Part shown: piece after piece, positions 9,727 to 17,371 of the stretch | How the letters are laid out: each line of letters begins with the position of its first letter | Numbering within the stretch: the stretch's first letter is position 1 | DNA from: an uncultured Oscillospiraceae bacterium | GTDB taxonomy: Bacteria; Bacillota; Clostridia; Oscillospirales; Oscillospiraceae | Direction: 5' to 3' | NCBI GenBank assembly: GCA_964472725.1 | Contig: CAYYLZ010000001.1 | Coordinates: 3,336 to 67,335 of the forward strand | DNA length: 64,000 bases | The notes under the pieces: generated by a model | Told to the model about the DNA's origin: nothing | Databases searched by the model: none | Seen by the model: the letters and a program-made list of their open reading frames with translations, nothing else | Position numbers and translations under genes: made by a program

Positions 9727-9860
9727 TTATATCCCAATTCCCGTTATGTACCCAACTTCAACCTTATGCCCAACCCTTGTCCTATCAACCCGCTCGTATC
9801 TCGCAGTTCGTATGTGACACATCTTCTTGAGAATTTTGGGGAATTATGTCGAAAAAAGAA
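9727..9860 (-). repeat. copy A of the ~134-bp repeated module
   Basis: Embedded ORF 9727..9822 (-) MCHIRTARYERVDRTRVGHKVEVGYITGIGI. The conserved 5' arm at 9823..9860 has an in-frame TAA and the core sequence gacataattcccc. Confidence 0.85.
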
Positions 9861-9905
9861 AGTTTTACATAGATTTTATGTATTATATATGATATGAAAA
9901 GAACG

Positions 9906-9940
9906 AAAACAGAGTAGTCCGAATGGGCTACTCTGTTTTT
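9906..9940. terminator. bidirectional hairpin; terminator for the minus-strand operon ending at 9967
   Basis: aaaacagagtagtcc / gggctactctgttttt. Confidence 0.7.
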
Positions 9941-9966
9941 GGCTATACCATGAGTTCTAATTTAGT

Positions 9967-10509
9967 TTATTGATAGCTTTCGACATAGAGCAAGGTTCGT
10001 CTTGCGGTAGCCAAACTGACCTTATCAGAGGTACCGTGCTTTAGCCATGCATTTACATTGCCTGAGTTTAAATTGAGGTCCGTATAGATACGATAATTAG
10101 ATACACCATATCGCTCTTGTAAACGCATGATTTTTTGGCGCATCAGTTCCTTTGTATGATCGTCTGATTGTCCTTTGTTCTTTTTGCTTTGGAAACTTCG
10201 CCAAACCTTGTGGTATTCTTCAGGAAGCGTAACGGAAGATGTCTCAAACAACTGTGTCATTTCCTCTGTACTATATTGTGAAACCATTTCCTTATACACT
10301 GCAAATAAGTTTGGATCTTTGGTTGCTTTCAGTAGTACTGCTTGCTTTCCGGAATAAAGAGCATATAGGAGAAGCGGTTCTCTGAGCCTGGGACTATCGC
10401 TGCTTGCTTCTTTGGCTAGTTTGTATAAACTGGTTGTATTGGACTTGGATAACTGTTTTACATACTGTGTTAGAAAACCTTTGAATGTTAGTTCTCGCAT
10501 GGACACCAC
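9967..10509 (-). CDS. putative HTH-containing partner protein (antitoxin-like) of the adjacent nucleotidyltransferase
   Basis: The C-terminal YGVSNYRIYTDLNLNSGNVNAWLKHG...SLATARR looks like an XRE-type HTH. Overlaps the upstream gene by 22 nt. Confidence 0.45.
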   Translation of the reverse strand: MVSMRELTFKGFLTQYVKQLSKSNTTSLYKLAKEASSDSPRLREPLLLYALYSGKQAVLLKATKDPNLFAVYKEMVSQYSTEEMTQLFETSSVTLPEEYHKVWRSFQSKKNKGQSDDHTKELMRQKIMRLQERYGVSNYRIYTDLNLNSGNVNAWLKHGTSDKVSLATARRTLLYVESYQ

Positions 10510-11027
10510 CTCTCTACATATGCCTTGTAACTATCAAGAAATTGTCTGTACTGGAATTCGTTTAAGGCGGAAGCTTTTGCTTCGTCGTCTGCTGTTGCCA
10601 AATGCTCCAGGCGCTTCCAATCAATTGCTGCGAGCACCTTGGAATCGCTGATGTCCTGAATATCTGTTGTTCTCGCAGAGTACAGCTTTGCTATCACAAT
10701 ATCTTCTAAAGATGCTGTGTAGAAATCAATCCGGCGACCATTGGTGAGTATCGGCACGAGTCTGTCATCATAGTTATATGGGAAATTGTTGACAAACGTT
10801 TTCACTCGAGTATTAATATCATATTTTTCGAGTAGGTCAACAATCTCGGGGGAGACATCCAGCGCATCAATATCATGTGTAGCGCGAGTTATTGTTTCCA
10901 ACAAAATCAGTGCGCTACCGCCAACGATAACCATTCTAAACCTACGGTCATCATCGAAAAGCAAATCGGCATCCTCGTCCAAGCGTGCCAAACGCTTCAT
11001 CAAATCTTCTTTGAAATAACTACTCAT
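10488..11027 (-). CDS. minimal nucleotidyltransferase-fold protein (DUF6036/AbiEii-like)
   Basis: VGGSALILL...THDIDAL matches the GS...D.D nucleotidyltransferase signature. Confidence 0.6.
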   Translation of the reverse strand: MSSYFKEDLMKRLARLDEDADLLFDDDRRFRMVIVGGSALILLETITRATHDIDALDVSPEIVDLLEKYDINTRVKTFVNNFPYNYDDRLVPILTNGRRIDFYTASLEDIVIAKLYSARTTDIQDISDSKVLAAIDWKRLEHLATADDEAKASALNEFQYRQFLDSYKAYVERWCPCEN

Positions 11028-11138
11028 CGCTTAAAATCCTTTGAAATAAATAATACTATTAATCAATCATTATTATATGTGCTTTTTGGTAGTCTGTCAA
11101 TAGCGCTATTATAAAGCAATTCAAAAACCGCGGTGTTA

Positions 11139-11272
11139 TTATGTTCCAACCCCCACTATGTACTCTATCTCAACCTTATGCCCAGCCCTTGTCCTGTCAA
11201 CACGGTCGTATTTCGCAGTTCGTATGCGACACATCTTCTTGGGAATTTTGGAGGATTATGTCAAGGAAGAAA
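11139..11272 (-). repeat. copy B of the repeated module
   Basis: Embedded ORF 11139..11234 (-) MCRIRTAKYDRVDRTRAGHKVEIEYIVGVGT. The 5' arm contains gacataatcctcc. Confidence 0.85.
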
Positions 11273-11419
11273 AACATTTGTTGATTATTGGTGTGAAATA
11301 GTGTTTGATTCGAATAAAGCGTGAGAATATGGTTCAAAGTAAATCTAATAGGAGTAAAATATATTGACCATATCACGATACCGTGATATAATTGAGGCGC
11401 AAAGAAAGGAGGCATAACA

Positions 11420-11674
11420 GTGCCGGTATTGTCTAGATTTTATGGAATTGTAATCAGAATGTATTTCCTGCAGAGTGAACATAATCCTCCGCATATCCAT
11501 GCAATTTACAACGATGATGTTGCGGCAATTGATTTTATGACCGGTGAGATTATCGAGGGAGATCTTCCAGCGAAAGCTCTTGCGATGGTAAGAGAATGGC
11601 TTTCGATTCACAAATATACGCTGCAGGAAATGTGGGAAACGCAGGAATTTAAGAAAATTCCGCCGCTGGAATAA
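11420..11674 (+). CDS. DUF4160-family protein
   Basis: GTG start after AAAGGAGG. FYGIVIRMYF...EHNPPHIHA is the family hallmark. Confidence 0.7.
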   Translation: MPVLSRFYGIVIRMYFLQSEHNPPHIHAIYNDDVAAIDFMTGEIIEGDLPAKALAMVREWLSIHKYTLQEMWETQEFKKIPPLE

Positions 11675-11685
11675 GGAGGTTTTCT

Positions 11686-12120
11686 ATGTTTCATAAAGTG
11701 AAGAATGTATCTCCGCTTCCTGAGTTCAAGTTGAGCGTCCAATTCAGTGAAGGTGTTACTAAAATTTATGATGTGTCTCAGCTTTTTGAAAAGATTGCAG
11801 TATTCAAACATTTCGAAGAGCACCCTGAAGAGTTCGGCTGTGTTTCTGTAGACGTGGGTGGGTACGGCATTGTTTGGAATGATGATTTGGATCTGTCTTG
11901 TGATGAGCTGTGGGAACACGGTGTTCAAGTGGAAACACCGTTTGATGGCTTGATGGCGTTTAGCGATGCCACAGAATTGTGGGGACTGAACGAGAGTACC
12001 TTGAGGAAGGCTATTACTTACGGTAAACTTGTAAACGGAGTTGATGTTTGTAAGTTTGGAAAGCAGTGGGTTATTTCCGCTGAAGCCATGGAAAGGGAAT
12101 ATGGATCTGCGTTAAGCTGA
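11686..12120 (+). CDS. DUF2442-family protein with a C-terminal DNA-binding-like extension
   Basis: VSVDVGGYGIVWNDDLDLSCDELW is typical of DUF2442. Forms the classic pairing with the DUF4160 gene 12 nt upstream. Confidence 0.65.
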   Translation: MFHKVKNVSPLPEFKLSVQFSEGVTKIYDVSQLFEKIAVFKHFEEHPEEFGCVSVDVGGYGIVWNDDLDLSCDELWEHGVQVETPFDGLMAFSDATELWGLNESTLRKAITYGKLVNGVDVCKFGKQWVISAEAMEREYGSALS

Positions 12121-12233
12121 TGGTATATTAGCGCGCAAAGTAAACTGTACTCTAATTTATTGGTCAGATTAGTTTTGAACGGAAAGATAAATAACAAAGG
12201 ACGAGATACTTCAGAGAAAACGGAGGGAGAAAC

Positions 12234-13202
12234 ATGGATCCCAATACTACAATAGAAGCGCTGAGCAACAGTGCAAACGCTCTAACAAAATTGCAGGAAA
12301 TAATACAGAAGATTTTTAATCCTAAATGGACAAGAAAACAGAATGAGGCGGACATGGAGGCAAATGAACGGAAACTACAGATGATTAGAGATAATCCTGA
12401 TATGGATATAGTGTTCATTGGAGATGAAATGCATGCCCGAAAAGCGACGTATGAGGAATTAACGAGCCGAGCTGAAAAAAGAATGCTCACAGATGCTGTG
12501 CGGCAAGAGCAAAATATAGAGAGTGTATTGGAAATTGCCGTTGAAGAGCTGCGACAGGTAGAATCGGTGTCTGAGAGACCGGTAGATGATGATTGGATTA
12601 CAAGGATATTCAATATAGTTAAAGACGTTAGCAATGAAGAAATGCAATACATATGGGGGAAAATTTTAGCCGGTGAGATTACGCGACCAGGCAGCTTTTC
12701 TATGAGAACACTTGAAACAATTAGAAATATATCGCAAATTGAAGCGGAAACATTTCAAAAGTTGATGCCCCTTTTGGTGTACGGCGGTGGAGATTGGTTT
12801 ATTACTTCCAAAGCTGATCTACACAACAAATACGGAATAACTTATGAGGATATTATGCTTTTGGATGAGTGTGGTCTTATGATATCAAATGGAACAGTAT
12901 CGATGACACTAACGATATCCTCCGATAAGATACTCCTTCATAATAGGGAGTATTGTTTGGTGACCGAAGGGCTAGGAAGCAGAACTGTGAATTTTTCGTT
13001 TGGTGTATATTCACTTACCAGCACAGGTAAGGAATTGTTCAATATACTGGAGCATGAACCTAATGACGATTATTTTATTGAATTTGCGGGGTATATTTTT
13101 AAGGAAAACAGACATACAAACCTCAAAGTCAAAAAAGTTGAAAAAATGCAAGTAGACAAGATTCGTGTCACAGAAGAAGTTGTATGTGAATTTCGTGTAT
13201 GA
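12234..13202 (+). CDS. DUF2806/Abi-alpha-like protein
   Basis: DDDWITRIFNIVKDVSNEEMQYIWGKILAGEITRPGSFSMRTLETI matches the family core as I remember it. Confidence 0.55.
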   Translation: MDPNTTIEALSNSANALTKLQEIIQKIFNPKWTRKQNEADMEANERKLQMIRDNPDMDIVFIGDEMHARKATYEELTSRAEKRMLTDAVRQEQNIESVLEIAVEELRQVESVSERPVDDDWITRIFNIVKDVSNEEMQYIWGKILAGEITRPGSFSMRTLETIRNISQIEAETFQKLMPLLVYGGGDWFITSKADLHNKYGITYEDIMLLDECGLMISNGTVSMTLTISSDKILLHNREYCLVTEGLGSRTVNFSFGVYSLTSTGKELFNILEHEPNDDYFIEFAGYIFKENRHTNLKVKKVEKMQVDKIRVTEEVVCEFRV

Positions 13203-13345
13203 CGAAGTGTGTACGTGAGATTAACTGGAATGCCGGACAAGTTGGCAAACAATGGGTTATCTCGGTGGAAGTTCTTAAGCGAGGATATGGGGCTGCGATA
13301 GTTGATGGCATGATTGTTAAATATTCTCCACTTGCGGAAGATTAG
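13203..13345 (+). pseudogene. remnant of the C-terminal end of a second DUF2442-HTH paralogue
   Basis: In-frame ...NAGQVGKQWVISVEVLKRGYGAAIV... parallels FGKQWVISAEAMEREYGSALS at the end of 11686..12120. No start codon. Confidence 0.35.
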
Positions 13346-13422
13346 TTGATTTGGCTAGCCATGGAGCGTAAGAAAGAATGGAGAGAATCTTGGGGTAGCT
13401 ATTTGAGGAAGGTGAAATGTAG

Positions 13423-13794
13423 ATGGGGAAGATTTATTTTGTTGAAGGACTGCAGGAAAAAACATTGGAAATAATACACGAAGCGCATGATTGCGCTGAA
13501 ATTGCATGTGACTTACGCAGAATTGACGACACATTAAACTTTGGAACGGATGCTCAGGCACAGCAACTTGATGGTGAACTGAGAGAAAAGTATCCAACAA
13601 TCAGCATAATGCTGAATGTTGCAAATTCCTTACCAGCTACATGTAGTCGGCTAATGGGTGGATATTCGTCGGGGTCTCAGGGGAAAGCGAATCTTAAACA
13701 GGATTATTGGGGCATAATTTGTGATACTGCAATCAAAAAAGGGTTAAAAAGCAGTTTTGAAACATGCATTGACCATGTAGAAGAGTATCGATAA
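13423..13794 (+). CDS. hypothetical protein (123 aa)
   Basis: ORF with GGAAGGTGA 7 nt upstream. No recognised motif. Confidence 0.45.
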   Translation: MGKIYFVEGLQEKTLEIIHEAHDCAEIACDLRRIDDTLNFGTDAQAQQLDGELREKYPTISIMLNVANSLPATCSRLMGGYSSGSQGKANLKQDYWGIICDTAIKKGLKSSFETCIDHVEEYR

Positions 13795-13827
13795 GTTGCT
13801 CAAAGAGAAAACAGGAAACATGAAGAC

Positions 13828-13862
13828 GGCAGGACATGGGGATAACCATGTCCTGCCGTTTG
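13828..13862 (+). terminator. hairpin terminator
   Basis: 12-bp stem ggcaggacatgg / ccatgtcctgcc, then gttt. Confidence 0.6.
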
Positions 13863-13865
13863 GGC

Positions 13866-13997
13866 TTACACCCCCAGCCCCACTATGTACCCAACTTCAA
13901 CCTTATGCCCAACCTTTGTTCTATCCACCCGCTCATAGTTCGCAGTTCGTATGGGTGTCATCTTCTTGGGAATTTTGGAGGATTATGTCGAAAGAAA
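13866..13997 (-). repeat. copy C of the repeated module
   Basis: Embedded ORF 13866..13961 (-) MTPIRTANYERVDRTKVGHKVEVGYIVGLGV. 5' arm present. Confidence 0.85.
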
Positions 13998-14045
13998 CAT
14001 ATTTTTCCAAGTGTCTAAATAGAATTTAGTTGTCACACAAAGAGG

Positions 14046-14074
14046 TTGATGAACGATGAAATGTGTGGTATAAT
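14046..14074 (+). promoter_or_regulatory. sigma-A-type promoter
   Basis: TTGATG, 17-nt spacer, TGgTATAAT (extended -10), about 50 nt upstream of the 14126 start. Confidence 0.5.
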
Positions 14075-14125
14075 ATCCTCGAACAGGCGGTATAGCGTCT
14101 GAACAATTGAGAATGGTGATAAAAT

Positions 14126-14422
14126 ATGCTTATACAAAGCGTTGTGAAGAATGAGGCAGAGCGAAATGAAAAGATGATTCGCCAGTATGAATCGCTTATC
14201 AGCGACCTACCCCGAGGGTCATTGATCTGCCGGAAAAATGAATATTACTATCTGAAGTATCGCGAAGGTGGAAAAGTTCACGACGAATATATCGGGAAAG
14301 ATCGAAAGGTAGTAGAGGAAATCAAAGATAAGCTGGAGCTGCGAAAGCATTACACGCAGATGCTTTCAGCGCTAAAGCAGGAGCAGAAGGCGATTCGCAA
14401 AATTTTGGAGGGATTAGTGTGA
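14126..14422 (+). CDS. hypothetical protein (98 aa)
   Basis: ORF from the track. Its stop codon lies inside the first hairpin of leader R1. Confidence 0.5.
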   Translation: MLIQSVVKNEAERNEKMIRQYESLISDLPRGSLICRKNEYYYLKYREGGKVHDEYIGKDRKVVEEIKDKLELRKHYTQMLSALKQEQKAIRKILEGLV

Positions 14423-14551
14423 AAAATCACACTAATAGGTCAAAATGCCCATCATCTCACCCTTTGGGTAACCGACGATGATGTCACAATCCTCCATGTG
14501 AGGGGATTGTTTGAGAACTATTTATGCGGAAGTACCGCATGGAGGATTTGC
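14407..14551 (+). promoter_or_regulatory. structured leader R1 (four hairpins, ends in SD plus ATG)
   Basis: Homologous to 15277..15418. Hairpins: attagtgtga/tcacactaat; catcatc..accc-ttt-gggt..gacgatg; aatcctc/gaggggatt; atgcgg/ccgcat. Ends in GGAGGATTT and the ATG at 14552. Confidence 0.6.
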
Positions 14552-15037
14552 ATGATTATTTATCACGGCAGCACAGTTTTGGTAGATAAGCCTGAAATAC
14601 GAACAGGGGATGTGTTTTTGGACTTTGGTGTTGGCTTTTACACTACCACCTCCTACGATCAGGCAGAGCGTTGGGCACGAATTAAGATGAGGCGTGAAAA
14701 CAAAGCGATTGGTTATGTTGCTGCGTATGAATTCGATTATGAGGCTGCAAAGGGAAACACGATTATCAGGAAGTTTGATGCGGCTGATATGGAATGGCTG
14801 CTGTTTGTGGTGAATAACCGGAGAGGCTTGCCGTTTGATGAGCCTGTTGACATGCACATAGGGCCGGTGGCTGACGACAATGTGTATCAGTCTATTCGTT
14901 TCTTTGAGACCGGCATACTTAATGCAGAAGAAACTGTGAAACGCTTGAAAACAGAAGCCCTGCATGATCAGTGGACATTCCATATCGAAAAACTGCTGCG
15001 CTATTGCAGATTTATCGAAGGCAAGGAGGTAAAATGA
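14552..15037 (+). CDS. DUF3990-family protein
   Basis: MIIYHGS...LDFGVGFYTT...QAERWA is the family N-terminal signature. Start reassigned to the ATG preceded by GGAGGA. Confidence 0.65.
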   Translation: MIIYHGSTVLVDKPEIRTGDVFLDFGVGFYTTTSYDQAERWARIKMRRENKAIGYVAAYEFDYEAAKGNTIIRKFDAADMEWLLFVVNNRRGLPFDEPVDMHIGPVADDNVYQSIRFFETGILNAEETVKRLKTEALHDQWTFHIEKLLRYCRFIEGKEVK

Positions 15038-15038
15038 T

Positions 15039-15275
15039 ATGGGGCATGAGCAGTTCAGCGCCATACTGCCGGTGATAAGCGCAGATATTGTCCACATGAT
15101 TGCGGACAAACGGAGAATTACCGAAAACGAAGCAATAAAACTTCTGTATATATCGCAAGTTTATGCGGCACTGGAACAGGAGGAAACAAAGGTGTGGCAG
15201 TACAGTACCGATATGCTTTACTCACTGTTGGAACAGGAATGGAAAGACGGTAAAATCCGCTTTCCTGATGTATAA
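15039..15275 (+). CDS. small helical protein, probable partner of DUF3990 (DUF3791-like, uncertain)
   Basis: AGGAGG 9 nt upstream. Translationally coupled, 1 nt after the DUF3990 stop. Confidence 0.5.
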   Translation: MGHEQFSAILPVISADIVHMIADKRRITENEAIKLLYISQVYAALEQEETKVWQYSTDMLYSLLEQEWKDGKIRFPDV

Positions 15276-15276
15276 G

Positions 15277-15418
15277 GAGGATTAGTGTGATTTTTCACAC
15301 TAATAGATTAAAAAGCCCATCGCCTCGCCCTGCGGGCAACCGGCGATGATGGCAAAATCCTCCCTGCCTGAGGATTTTTAATTACTATTTGCGCGGCAGA
15401 GCCGCATGGAGGATTTAT
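15277..15418 (+). promoter_or_regulatory. structured leader R2 (paralogue of R1)
   Basis: Same four hairpins as R1, with changed loops (aaaa to tttt, ttt to tgc, aagta to cagag) and compensatory stem changes. Confidence 0.6.
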
Positions 15419-15634
15419 ATGAGCAAGGAAGCTAAGTTTATAGTATTTTGTATGGAAAACTATAAGGTGTATAAATCTTTGACCGGCAGACAGGTATCGG
15501 AATTGTTTGAGAAATACGGCGTGTTCGATTATATCCGGGAATTCTACGATGTGCTGCATACAACAGGGTATCAGTATATAAATAACGATATTGACATTTA
15601 TCTGCAGGCGAGAGATGCGGTAATGCCCGTATAA
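15419..15634 (+). CDS. DUF3791-family protein
   Basis: FIVFCMENYKVYKSLTGRQVSELFEKYGVFDYIREFYDVLHTTG matches the family pattern as I remember it. Confidence 0.6.
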   Translation: MSKEAKFIVFCMENYKVYKSLTGRQVSELFEKYGVFDYIREFYDVLHTTGYQYINNDIDIYLQARDAVMPV

Positions 15635-15663
15635 GTACGACAATGATTGAGTGGGGTGAATAG

Positions 15664-15981
15664 ATGGGCATCCTTACGTTGGCGAGCGGGAAACCAGTGT
15701 ATCGCGGATACGATTATTATAAGAACAAAAAAGTGATTCAGCTGCAGCAAACAGATGATACCATTTTTGATGGGACTGTATCCGGGAGTAATGGGGAAGT
15801 ATATCATGTGACCATAGATACTGCGCACCCGAGGAAATCCGTATGTGACTGCCCTCATGCTGCCGGTCGTGAAATTATGTGCAAGCATATGGTGGCGCTG
15901 TATTTTACAGTGTTCCCGGAAGAGGCAGAGAATTATATCCGGGAGTTGGAAGCATATTGGAAGGAAGAAGAGCAGCGTTAG
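15664..15981 (+). CDS. SWIM zinc-finger protein, ending at an in-frame TAG; the frame continues to 16119
   Basis: CDCPHAAGREIMCKHMVALYF is a CxCx(n)CxH SWIM motif. Another 45 protein-like codons follow the TAG and stop just before a terminator. Confidence 0.6.
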   Translation: MGILTLASGKPVYRGYDYYKNKKVIQLQQTDDTIFDGTVSGSNGEVYHVTIDTAHPRKSVCDCPHAAGREIMCKHMVALYFTVFPEEAENYIRELEAYWKEEEQR

Positions 15982-16120
15982 GAAGATTTGGATGAAAACC
16001 TGATAAAGTATATCAAAAGCCTGAAAAAGAATGAGCTTCAGGATAAACTGCTGGAGCTTCTGTACGATTGCCCTGAATGGCTATTTGATCGGTTTATAAG
16101 AGATAATTTGGATTACTGAA

Positions 16121-16159
16121 AAACAGCAGGACTGTGCATAAGCATGTCCTGCTGTTTTT
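16121..16159 (+). terminator. rho-independent terminator
   Basis: aaacagcaggac / gtcctgctgttttt. Confidence 0.8.
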
Positions 16160-16186
16160 GATTATTGCAGACATCGGAATGTTTGG

Positions 16187-16320
16187 TTCAACACATCAGC
16201 CCAACTATGTACCAAACCTCAGCCTTATGTCCAACCTTAGTTCTATCAACCCGCTCGGATCTCGCAGTTCGTACGTGACACATCTTCTTGAGAATTTTGG
16301 GGAATTATGTCTGAAGAGGA
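16187..16320 (-). repeat. copy D of the repeated module
   Basis: Embedded ORF 16187..16282 (-) MCHVRTARSERVDRTKVGHKAEVWYIVGLMC. 5' arm present. Confidence 0.85.
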
Positions 16321-16528
16321 AATATTCGATAACGTGTATTATATGTTCTTTATTTTGAAAAATGTTGTTTTGCATTATGGCAGGAGGTTGTCTTGATTTA
16401 AACCGAAGAACGCCGTATAATAATATTGACACTTATATTCAAATGTAGAAATGACTTGCAATTTTATGTAACATATGTAGGGCGCGGATTATATACGAGT
16501 GAAATGGTACTGGGATAAGGAGAATACT

Positions 16529-17281
16529 ATGACGGAGATTGAAAAAATTGCATATGCAAGGGGCTATATCGAAAAGCTTGCAAACGGAATAAATCCACTG
16601 AATGATCAGCCGGTATCGGATAGTGACTTGATCAACAATGTTAGGATATCCCGATGTTTGTTCTATGTGTCTGACTTGCTTCGGCAGGTTGAAGAACAGG
16701 GCGGTATAGTCGGGAAAGCAGTTAAGGAAAAGAAAGCTCCGTTTTGGTTGGACTATGATGCGCGCCTGAAATTCCGGTTTTCCGAAACGCCGATCGCCAT
16801 TAGCGAGATCACTAAACGGATTAACGATTTGATCGATGCGGAGCAAATGAAAAAGATTAGCTATAAACATATATTAGAGTGGCTGATCGAGCTTGATGCA
16901 TTAACTGTAGTAACCGATGTAAATGGAAAATCAGCCAAGAATCCCACTCCAAGAGGGGAAGAGCTGGGAATTTCAACCGAGCAGCGACAGGGGCAGAATG
17001 ATGTGTATACAGTTGTTGTTTACAATCGGGAGGCACAGCAATTTATTTTGGATAACCTGGACGCAGTTGTTGAGATTAGCAAACGCCGTGAAAAACAGGA
17101 TAAAGCGGCCGAATTACAGGGACAGCCATGGCTTTCTGCTCATGATGAAGTCTTGATAGACCTCTTTCAAAAGAAAGTTCCTGTCAAGGAGATTGCCAGT
17201 GCTTTGAAACGAACAGAGACCGGTATAAGAGCAAGGCTAAAAAAGCTTGGGTATATTGAACAGCGCAGCGACGCAGAGTGA
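16529..17281 (+). CDS. hypothetical protein with a C-terminal HTH-like segment
   Basis: ATG after AAGGAGA. The C-terminal VPVKEIASALKRTETGIRARLKKLGYIE resembles a sigma-r4/LuxR-type HTH. Confidence 0.5.
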   Translation: MTEIEKIAYARGYIEKLANGINPLNDQPVSDSDLINNVRISRCLFYVSDLLRQVEEQGGIVGKAVKEKKAPFWLDYDARLKFRFSETPIAISEITKRINDLIDAEQMKKISYKHILEWLIELDALTVVTDVNGKSAKNPTPRGEELGISTEQRQGQNDVYTVVVYNREAQQFILDNLDAVVEISKRREKQDKAAELQGQPWLSAHDEVLIDLFQKKVPVKEIASALKRTETGIRARLKKLGYIEQRSDAE

Positions 17282-17371
17282 TGCTGCGGGCAGGACAGCA
17301 AATACTTGAAAACGACGGGTTATCATGATAATATCGACATATATGCTTGTGAAAAAGAATGGAGTGATTTC

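Noticed and set aside
9841-9875. Plus-strand GGAGGATTATG (SD plus ATG) at the right end of each module as a conserved small gene
   Set aside because: The peptides read MSKKESFT, MSRKKNIC, MSKETYFSKCLNRI and so on. They share only the first 3-4 codons and have different lengths. The conservation belongs to the module arm, not to a plus-strand ORF.
11180-11215. Outward sigma-A promoter inside the module (minus strand TTGACA/TTGATA ... cATAAGGT)
   Set aside because: The -35 box is good in some copies, but the best -10 candidate (TAAGGT/ATAAGG) is poor and the spacing is off by 1-2 nt. Only three of six copies have a minus-strand gene downstream.
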